From Octopus bimaculoides (lineage: Eukaryota), in contig NC_068987.1 of NCBI RefSeq assembly GCF_001194135.2, forward strand, positions 86,750,137 through 86,787,074: a stretch of DNA of 36,938 bases, written 5' to 3'. A model generated the notes under the pieces. The model was not told where the DNA came from, did not search any database, and was given only the letters and a program-made list of their open reading frames with translations. Position numbers and translations under genes: made by a program. This document shows, piece by piece, positions 11,058-20,465 of this stretch (position 1 is its first letter; the number at the start of each line of letters is the position of its first letter).

Positions 11058-11840
11058 TGGAGCCTGATTTCAAAAGTTGGCCCTAGATTTTAAATTGATT
11101 CAATGAATCTCACCCAATATAATTTCCTCAACTAAAAGTAAAATGAACGAAAAAGAGTAAAGCTTGTGAGTAAATGACATGAATTTAAATCGAGATGATA
11201 TACTAAATACGACACGCAAATGACAAAGAAAAACGATAAGTCTAGAGGTAATCTTTAGCGAGTCTTAACCAAACTAGAAAACATTTTTCAAATATATTCA
11301 AAATAAAATTCATATTATATATGGTTTTGTTTTTGTCCCCAAAAGAAAAAAAAAGAAAGAAGTAACTGAAATTTTTAAGGGATTCATGAAAGAGAACATG
11401 GAAAAAAAATACCGATATTTAACTGTGCCACTCATGTGAAAAGAGTAATTAATTTCAAGCAATAAAAATTACATCCATGAAATTCATTAGCATGTTAACA
11501 AATAAAGTTGGGCTAAGTTGTCAAAAAAAGTGAGTTAATTTTCTAACCAGTGTGTAATAAAATATTGAACAATGGAGCCTCACTTCAAAAGTTGGTGCTA
11601 GATTTTAAATTCATACAATGAATCTCACTCAGTATAATTTCCATAATTAACAGTAAAGTGAACGAAAGGGAGTTACGCCTGTGAGTGAATGACGTGAATT
11701 TAAATCAATATGCTATACTGAATGCGACACAAAAATGACAACGAAATAACATAAGACTAGAGGTAATTTTTAGCGAGTCTTAACCAAACTAGAGAATATT
11801 TTCCAAAAATATTAAAAATAAAATTCATATTATATATGGT
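11058..11840 (+). repeat. Two 268-bp direct repeats (11058-11325 and 11573-11840) with a 247-bp unique spacer
   Basis: Collinear from TGGAGCCT to TATATATGGT, roughly 80% identical by eye, with a shared 24-mer TTTAGCGAGTCTTAACCAAACTAG. Confidence 0.9.
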
Positions 11841-12419
11841 CTTTTGTCATCAATCGAAAACGAAATTTTTCTCCAAGCATGTATAATTGATTAGGAGTAT
11901 TGGTTCTAAGCTTAAGGAATTATAACTCCTTTTATTTCAGTGATGCTAAAAATTAGCATCAAGTTTTGATTCTCACACTGTGAAAGAAATCTAAACCATT
12001 TGAGATTCCTTGTATCATATTCTCTATAGCACAGCTTTATATCATAGAACCTCGGCCATGTTAATGGTCTACTTGTGTTATTTTGTACGGACGAGAATCT
12101 ACTTGCATCTGGTAGAATATAATATTGATCTGACCTGGTTGAAGGGCGTACATTAATATATTATCTATATGGGTTATCTGGCTTCAATTCATAAGTACCA
12201 TTGCAAAATCGTTGCAATGACCGACAGCATTTTCCAACACGTAAATAAATATGCAAGTATTGAAATATTTATTCGTAATTGTTTTCAGTTTAATCCAAAG
12301 CTCTTCATTGAGAAATGCTTATCCAGTTGGCATATTTTTCTCTTCTTCCAAGTAAATCCTAATTGTATAAGCTTTGTTGCAATATACCTAGCTGTGTATG
12401 ATTGTATGCGCATTTGTAT

Positions 12420-12572
12420 GTGTGATTGAGCATGTATATGTGGATACACACTTCCAGCCACATGTACACACTCATATATAAAAACACACACACATACATA
12501 TATGCATACGCATATGTATATATTTATATATATATATAGATAGATATGCATGTATACATATGCATATTTTTA

Positions 12573-12627
<55 letters not shown>

Positions 12628-12670
12628 CATATTTCTAATATATATATATATATAAATATATATATATTTT
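12420..12670. repeat. Compound AT/GT microsatellite
   Basis: Directly visible. Confidence 0.92.
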
Positions 12671-12671
12671 T

Positions 12672-12795
12672 TTTTACCTGTTTCAGTCATTTGACTGCGG
12701 CCATGCTTAAGCACCGTCTTTAGTCGAACAAATCAAACCCCAGTACTTTGTAAACCTTGTATCGATCTGTTTTGCTGAACCGTGAGGTTACGGGG
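12672..12795 (-). mobile_element. SINE family B, 3' portion (interrupted by gap)
   Basis: TGTTTCAGTCATTTGACTGCGGCCATGCTT...GAACCGTGAGGTTACGGGG. Confidence 0.88.
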
Positions 12796-13169
12796 NNNNN
12801 NNNNNNNNNNNNNNNNNNNNNNNNNNNNNNNNNNNNNNNNNNNNNNNNNNNNNNNNNNNNNNNNNNNNNNNNNNNNNNNNNNNNNNNNNNNNNNNNNNNN
12901 NNNNNNNNNNNNNNNNNNNNNNNNNNNNNNNNNNNNNNNNNNNNNNNNNNNNNNNNNNNNNNNNNNNNNNNNNNNNNNNNNNNNNNNNNNNNNNNNNNNN
13001 NNNNNNNNNNNNNNNNNNNNNNNNNNNNNNNNNNNNNNNNNNNNNNNNNNNNNNNNNNNNNNNNNNNNNNNNNNNNNNNNNNNNNNNNNNNNNNNNNNNN
13101 NNNNNNNNNNNNNNNNNNNNNNNNNNNNNNNNNNNNNNNNNNNNNNNNNNNNNNNNNNNNNNNNNNNNN

Positions 13170-13220
<51 letters not shown>

Positions 13221-13894
13221 TGCATGATATATATATCATATGTACATAATGTTATACATGTATATATCTATATATAATATGCAAAATACAGATATATATT
13301 ACCTATGTTATAATATATATGTGCATGTGTGTAACATGCATAAGCGTATATATGGCTGTTCGGATGTATGTGTAATGGACGCAGATAAATACAAAGAACG
13401 GAAGAGGCACAGGAGAAAGATGTTGAAGTGAGGAAAATTGTAATGTAATTGATTATAACAAATTTGAGTAAAATTGTTGCATCTGTTTTACTCACCAGTT
13501 AATCGAAATAACAGACAGACATAAATCTAATATACAATATTTGGACAGTTGATAAAACGAAAAAATCTTTTGTAATAGATTATAGAATGTATAATGAAAA
13601 ATAAATTATGAATTTTTATTTTCCTAAAGTTATTCACACACTAAAAGCTACATGTGGAGCGGCTAATATTGGCATATTTTTCATCTGTATATCACAGGTT
13701 GCATTTTAAGAAATTTTGCAATAAACAACTATATTTTACTTAGTATACAAATGGTAGAAAAATGAAAAAGTGGCAACTTGAATAAAATATTTAATAATGC
13801 ATTCGAATATAATGGATATATTTTTGAAATAATCTACAGGAAAAACTTTTCATAATGCTTCTTCGCTTACATGAGTAAAACAACACGAATGCAA

Positions 13895-13962
13895 ACAGAG
13901 AGACACGCACGCACACACGCACGCACATACAAACACACACACACGCACAATCACACACACAG

Positions 13963-14055
<93 letters not shown>

Positions 14056-14437
14056 NNNNNNNNNNNNNNNNNNNNNNNNNNNNNNNNNNNNNNNNNNNNN
14101 NNNNNNNNNNNNNNNNNNNNNNNNNNNNNNNNNNNNNNNNNNNNNNNNNNNNNNNNNNNNNNNNNNNNNNNNNNNNNNNNNNNNNNNNNNNNNNNNNNNN
14201 NNNNNNNNNNNNNNNNNNNNNNNNNNNNNNNNNNNNNNNNNNNNNNNNNNNNNNNNNNNNNNNNNNNNNNNNNNNNNNNNNNNNNNNNNNNNNNNNNNNN
14301 NNNNNNNNNNNNNNNNNNNNNNNNNNNNNNNNNNNNNNNNNNNNNNNNNNNNNNNNNNNNNNNNNNNNNNNNNNNNNNNNNNNNNNNNNNNNNNNNNNNN
14401 NNNNNNNNNNNNNNNNNNNNNNNNNNNNNNNNNNNNN

Positions 14438-14511
<74 letters not shown>

Positions 14512-14595
14512 GACAGACAGAGACAGAGAGAGAGACAGAGAGAAAGACAGACAGAGAGACAGTTGTATGTGTGTGTGCGTATGTCTGTGTGTGTT
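13895..14595. repeat. Compound CA/AT/GA/GACA microsatellite around an N-gap
   Basis: Directly visible. Confidence 0.92.
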
Positions 14596-14657
14596 TATAT
14601 TAAAATACGTGCGATTAAAAACACATGCATTCACCCTCAAGTAACTATTTAAAATGA

Positions 14658-15041
14658 TTAGATATGTGCAGAATTTACGTTAGTTGAAATATGTCTGTCA
14701 CACATTTAAACTGCTACAAGGCAAATACACTGCAGTTACCATGGAGAATAAATTTCTCTTATGGTAAAAATGTGTGAAAATACCAGTTCGTTCAGTGTCG
14801 CTATCTATTAGGAAACTGAGACATCGCTGTTTCGAACTATTTTGGCTCTTGTCAATTAGATGTTCCTAACATCGTTGCCTGAGATACTTAATACATGGTG
14901 ACACAGAACGAACCGGTCTTTCAAACCTTTTTCACCATGGGAGAGATTTATTTTCTATAGTAACTCCAGTGTATTTGCCTTTCAGCAGTTGAAATGTGTC
15001 AGAAACATACTTCAACTAGACAAAATTCTTGTCATACCTAA
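14658..15041. repeat. Long imperfect foldback (arms of about 180 bp, spacer about 24 nt)
   Basis: Left arm 14658-14837 aligns to the reverse complement of 14862-15041 at roughly 70-80% (e.g. AACTGCTACAAGGCAAATACACTGCAGTTA vs TAACTCCAGTGTATTTGCCTTTCAGCAGTT). Confidence 0.88.
14809..14868 (-). ncRNA. Type I hammerhead-ribozyme-like motif (U3-A8 variant)
   Basis: Minus: UUGACAA-GAGC-CAAAAUA-GUUC-GAAA-CA-GCGA-UG-UC-UCAG; helices II and III pair, GUC triplet present, helix I imperfect. Confidence 0.5.
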
Positions 15042-15200
15042 ACACTGCTTCGCGCTAACGCTTCGTTGAATATGTATTTTCTTGCATATGTATGAAAATC
15101 ATATACGCATATGTACTTCGGTCTACGTCTGTGACATTTTGAATACTACTGGCCACACACATGAGCACTCACATGTACATATATTTATGTATATACTTAC

Positions 15201-15745
15201 GTATGTGGTATAACACTTTTTATTTCAAAATTTCTTACCAATAGACAAAAAGCCGGTTTCTAACCTGGATCTAAGGCTCTTTCATTAGAATTTCAAAAAT
15301 CAGCGACAGAATATTTGTGAATGTTTGTTTGTATGTGTTTATTGCCTGGGGTCAGTGCATATATCGACTTGTACGTTTTCCTTTTTATGTATACTCATCC
15401 ATATGGTTACTTGTCTAGACAGGCGAATATATACTTAAATATTAAACTTCCAAGATTTTGCATCTCCATTCATGGTCGGAGTCTGTAATCTTCTCATCAG
15501 CTTTCTTTTTTGCTGGTTTTGAAAAGCCTAATTTCTCAAGAATGGAGCTCAGATAATTTGTTGCGTATCTTTATAAACTTTATAAACTTGAATTTATAAT
15601 TCGGATCGTGTTACAGTACATTTCTCGATAGCTGAGCATAGGTGTATTCTTTTCACTGATCTTCTGCTTAACTTTGATATCTGTTGGACATCTGTTTCCA
15701 CTACGGCACATACTTTAATTTTTCTATCTCAAATCCCTTTTCTAG
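15201..15745 (-). mobile_element. Decayed RLE-type non-LTR retrotransposon 3' fragment (copy A)
   Basis: Frameshifted peptides CAVVE, KISEK, YTYAQL, PNYKFKFI, LEKLGFSKP, MRRLQT match the C-terminus seen in copy B; the 3' UTR end is homologous to 16035-16140. Confidence 0.65.
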
Positions 15746-15747
15746 TC

Positions 15748-15991
15748 TATGCATGTATTTCTCTTCGAATTTCAACAAAGATAGAAGGCTCCATCTTTGG
15801 AAAGTGGTTAACACAGACAAATTCACATTTCGAACTTAAGAAACTTCTTGCATATATTTACCGTTCCACTCACAGATTGCACTTGCAAGCGTACAAATTA
15901 GCTGGTCTATTTCTCTTTCTGAAAATCCCAGTTTATCTAGATTCTCCTTTAAGCATTTACTAACAAGTCATAGTGCTCCAATTATTATTGG
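15748..15991 (-). mobile_element. RLE-type non-LTR retrotransposon 3' fragment (copy B)
   Basis: IIIGAL*LVSKCLKENLDKLGFSEREIDQLICTL, then one frameshift to QVQSVSGTVNICKKFLKFEM* (stop 15825-15823); the IIxGxLG motif matches 1117-1611; ends in TACATGCATA. Confidence 0.75.
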
Positions 15992-16034
15992 TATGTGTAT
16001 GTATGTGTGTATGTATGTATATATGTATGTATGT
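15992..16034. repeat. (TATG)n/(CATA)n tract between retroelement fragments
   Basis: Directly visible. Confidence 0.9.
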
Positions 16035-16140
16035 CATTATTTAGTTTTATTTCAAGATGCCAACAGAGAAAGAGCCTGTTTTAAGCTAACCTAGATCCAA
16101 GGCTCCTTCACTGGAATTTCAACATCAACAGGGTATTTTT
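16035..16140 (-). mobile_element. 3'-terminal UTR fragment of the copy-A family (copy C)
   Basis: CTAACCTAGATCCAAGGCTCCTTCACTGGAATTTCAA aligns with 15260-15296; minus ends AATAAAACTAAATAATGACATACATAC. Confidence 0.75.
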
Positions 16141-16149
16141 GTATGTAAG

Positions 16150-16445
16150 TATATATACGTGCAGATGTGTATGCTTTTTTTATGTATGTATGCTCATACA
16201 TATACTTGTATATCTACACATGCCTGCATGTATGTATGTATGATTGCATGTATGTATGTAAAAATGTTAATGATAAAGCAAATCCATTCACAACGTATGG
16301 ACTGATGCAAGGCTGTAGAAAATTGTCTATCTACAGAATGGGATACAACTGTGGTATACGCCTTTACGAAGTGAACGTTTTCAACATTCGGCAATATTGT
16401 ATTTACAAATATACGCACGCACATATATATACACACATGTATGTA

Positions 16446-16515
<70 letters not shown>

Positions 16516-16562
16516 TGTGTCTGTGCGTGCATGTATGGATATATATATGTATGTATGTATTA
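16150..16562. repeat. Degenerate (TATG)n and (GT)n tracts
   Basis: Directly visible. Confidence 0.9.
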
Positions 16563-18124
16563 ACGCTCTAAACACCGCCATCGATTCTCCCGACTAGTTA
16601 CATAATTGTATTTCCAAACAATATCTGTATATAAAATGTTGTCCACTTAGGAAGAATCTCCTTTATTCGGTATCGAATAGTGTATACATTTTGTAATGGT
16701 GTATCCTTCTTATAGAGAGATTTTGTAGTGAATAATCCCACGAGTAATCAAAGGGCTTAGATGGAGCCATAAATAACACAATAGGGTTATATAATCCATT
16801 TTCATTTTGAATAACTGAGCGTATTCAAAGAGACTTAATGAAAGAAATATGAATATAAAATGTAATGATATGTTGTATGACTAGTTACAAGACCAATTTT
16901 ATTACCATGGAAGCCGCATAAAATACCCTAATGCATTAACATAAAATCGAATGAAGCTTTATTAATCAATTTTGTGAGGAATATTAACCTTTGTTTGTCC
17001 CTCATATCTTATGATGACCATTCATCAACATTGCGAATTAATGTAATAACACTTAAGATATGGTGCCTTTTACAAAATATTTATTAAAGGAAAAATATCC
17101 TCAGTATGCGCCTGATTAGAATGTGCAATGAGCAATGGCAGAAGTTAGATTCGCACAAAATATTGTAACACACCATGCAGGATTTTGGATACTCTTTTTC
17201 TCAAATACATTTGAATTTTGTTTATGAGAAATACAGCTATCGTATGAAATGCGGAATTTTGTCTTTGTAAGGGTTTATCTCCATATTATAAACATACTTA
17301 CATTCGAATTTATTCTTATTCTGTTACAACAATATTTTAATTCTTACATGAAGACAAATTTGGTTAGACCGCTATAAACTGCAATTCATTTAAGGAAATA
17401 AAAAATGGAACGGGGAATTATAATAATTATTAAGGAAAAACTAGTTGATATTTCCATTAATATCGGAAGCCTTGATGCAGAGGCAAAGAGTGTGTCTCAA
17501 AATTTAATTATTGAACATTTAAATAATTCACATATAATAATTTGGGATTTATTCATTTTAGTATTATCACATGTGACAAGTGTCATGCGTTGGCTGTTTC
17601 GTTAATCCGGGAATATAAAACGATCTTAGTATTCAAAACAAAATATAACACGATATATTCTCAGCATTCAAAACAAAGCTTTTGGTAGTTTTTCCCTCTT
17701 TTTCCTTAGCTTGCACATAAATTGAACTCAGTCTCAATGTGAGTATTCTCAATATATATTAACAATAACCTTTCTAAATCAGATTTGCAAAGTATCCGGA
17801 ATTGCTCGTGGGGAAATGGGCCTAGAATCTGAGTAATAGAAACCTATAAAAATGAAACAGATAGAAATGTAGTGGTTATTGGCATCAAAGCGTTTATACA
17901 AATATGTATATAAAATTATCCGGAAAGTAAGACGATAATCCATTAGATTATAACGACATGATTATCTTTATCTATGTTTTCAGATGGGTAAATGCACAGA
18001 GGATAGAAAAAGAAAGAGTAATTATCATAGAGATGAACGAGCGTTCAAAAGACGCTACGATGACTCAGGAAAATGGAACGATAGGGAGGTGACCGGATCT
18101 CTTTTTTTTTGTCTCCTTTTTTTT

Positions 18125-18270
18125 CTCTCTCCTTGTTTCCTCATTACTTTCTGTGTCGCTTTCTGTTGAAGAGTGTAGGCTCGAAACGTTAAAGACATTC
18201 TCTATTCCCGAGCGTTGTACTAATACATCCATTTGTTGCTTACACCACCTGTCTTCGTCTGTTGTTTTTT
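18125..18270 (+). mobile_element. Penelope-like terminal-repeat fragment carrying a hammerhead-like motif
   Basis: CTGTTGAAGAGTGTAGGCTCGAAACGTT followed by TAATACATCCATTTGTTG...CTGTCTTCGTC; hammerhead-bearing termini are characteristic of Penelope-like elements. Confidence 0.6.
18159..18194 (+). ncRNA. Minimal type I hammerhead-like motif (A6U core variant)
   Basis: CUUU-CUGUUGA-A-GAGU-GUAG-GCUC-GAAA-CGU-U-AAAG; helix I CUUU/AAAG, helix II 4 bp, palindromic ACGU in place of helix III. Confidence 0.5.
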
Positions 18271-18489
18271 NNNNNNNNNNNNNNNNNNNNNNNNNNNNNN
18301 NNNNNNNNNNNNNNNNNNNNNNNNNNNNNNNNNNNNNNNNNNNNNNNNNNNNNNNNNNNNNNNNNNNNNNNNNNNNNNNNNNNNNNNNTATATATATATA
18401 TATATCATTTAAAGACCGTGTAGTAAATAAACATACAAATATATACTAAATGCACAGAAGGACAGAAAACACAGAAGGTTAGCAACTCC

Positions 18490-18700
18490 TGTTCAGTATC
18501 GGCCAGAGGGTCAAAGCGGAATTTCGGTCATTATCGATAATATTGCTTCCACTCTGGAGGAACTGGCAAGAAACTTGCTGGGGATGGGACCAAAAGGCAA
18601 CCAGACAAGATGGGCTCGAGACGAGACAGTTAGTGGACTGACGAAGTACATGACAATAAACAGAATAATGGCTTGGCTTAGGGCTACACGAAAACAACAA
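18490..18700 (+). mobile_element. Decayed RTE-clade LINE C-terminal fragment
   Basis: FGHYR, TLEELA..LLGMGPKG..TRW and WTDEV resemble the RTE C-terminal FGH..R..LEK..L.G...GKR.RGRP..RW.D block. Confidence 0.4.
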
Positions 18701-19234
18701 TTAAAATGATAATAATATAAATAAAAAAAAGTCTTAGAGCGTCAACACAAGATAGAAATGGATAACGCGAAAAGAGAAATGAAAACTGTACTAAAGGTCT
18801 ATAAACATGGGAGGCGTAGAGCGAGAAGCTCATTAAATCGTGAACAGTAGATGCATACTATTTATTCAAATCTATATAGCGAGTAAACCAAGAGAGAACA
18901 TCAGAACTGGAATGTAAATAAAAGTCAGGCTTTCAAAGCCGATCAAGTGCAAATGATAAAATGAAGACCTATAAATATAAAGAGATATGAAAGCCTTCCG
19001 CACAGCCACGTCGTGTGATCTACGATCCATGTTGCCGAACGCCATAGCGACGGATCGCTTCTTGAACAACAGCTCCATCGTCTTTCTAATGTAAATATTC
19101 TTCTCTCTTCTACAACTTTCTATTATTTCCCTTCGTTTTTCTCCTTATATACATGCACACTCATTCCGTTTGTCTCTGTCTGTCTCTCTCTCTCTCACAA
19201 AACACACTCACACACAAACGCACACACACTCGTT

Positions 19235-19607
19235 TACTCTTTTATTTGTTTCAGTCATTTGACTGCGGCCATGTTGGAGCACCACCTTTAGTTGAACAAA
19301 TCGACCCAAGGACTTATTCTTTGTAAGCCTAGTACTTATTTTATCGGTTTCATCTGCCGTGCTGCTAGGTTACGGGGACGCAAACAGACCAACATTGGTT
19401 GTCAAGTGATGAAGTTGGGACAAACACAGATACACAAATATATATATACACACGACGACGGGCTTCTTTCAATTTCCGTCTACCAAATCCACTCACAAGA
19501 CTTTGGTCGCGCGAGGCTAGATTAGTAAAAGCTTGCCCAAAGTACCACGCAGTAGGACTGAACCCGGAACTATGTAGTTGGTAAGTAAAGCAAGCTACTT
19601 ACCACAC
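19235..19607 (-). mobile_element. Near full-length tRNA-derived SINE, family B
   Basis: Head GTGTGGTAAGTAGCTTG...GTTCCGGGTTCAGTCC, central GTGAGTGGATTTGGTAGACGGAAATTGAAAGAAGCCCGTC, 3' CAGTCAAATGACTGAAACAAATAAAAGAGTA. Confidence 0.92.
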
Positions 19608-19610
19608 CAC

Positions 19611-20248
19611 CCTTCAGGCACAAAGCCCGAAATTTTAGGGGAGGAGGCCAGCCGATTAGATCGACCCAGTACGCAACTGGTACTTAATTTATCGACCCCA
19701 AAAGGATAAAAGGCAAAGTCGACCTCGGCGGAATTTGAACTCAGAACGTTACGGCAGACGAAATACCGCTAAGCATTTCACCCGGCGTGCTAATGTTTCT
19801 TATTTCTTTATTGACCACCAAGGGCTAAACATAGATGGGACAGACAAGGACAAACAAAAGGATTACGTCGATTACATCGACCCCGGTGCGTAACTGGTAC
19901 TTTATTTATCGACGCCGAAAAGATGAAAGGCAAAGTCGACCTCGGCGGAATTTGAACTCAGAACATAAAGACAGACGAAATACTGCTAAGCGCTTCGCCC
20001 GGCGTGCTAATGTTTCTTATTTTTTTACTGCCCACAAGGAGCTACAGACAGAGGAGACAAACAAGGACAGACAAACGGATTAAGTCGATTATATCGACAC
20101 TAGTGCGTAACTGGTACTTATTTAATCGACTCCGAAAGATGAAAGGCAAATTTGACCTCGGCGGAATTTAAACTCAGAACGTAGCGGCAGACGAAATATC
20201 GCTATGCATTTCACCCGGCGAGCTAATGTTTCTGCCAGCTCACCGCCT
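19611..20248 (-). mobile_element. Head-to-tail trimer of SINE family A (units 20248-20018, 20017-19801, 19800-19611)
   Basis: Three collinear copies; both junctions read GCTAATGTTTCT|TATTT on plus; only the first unit keeps the GGCGGTGAGCTGGC head. Confidence 0.93.
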
Positions 20249-20289
20249 TAGACAATTTTTATATCGTAATAGTTTCAACTCGCAATTTT

Positions 20290-20465
20290 ATGAGCAACGT
20301 TACGCCTATTCAGGTGAAGAATTGTTTCGTTTTTAATTGATGCTTTAGCCTTGATTATTCTTTGAGTAACCTCTATATCACAGCCGAGTCCCTCTTCTAC
20401 TATTTTTTGTAAATACTTGAATATTTTACTTGGTCTTGTTTTTAGCTTCACTCCACCTATCTTCA
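20290..20465 (-). mobile_element. Decayed RTE-like LINE fragment (post-RT region)
   Basis: IFKYL..IVEEGLGCDIEVTQRIIKAKAS resembles the F.YLGS.....GC..E...RI.KA motif. Confidence 0.55.
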
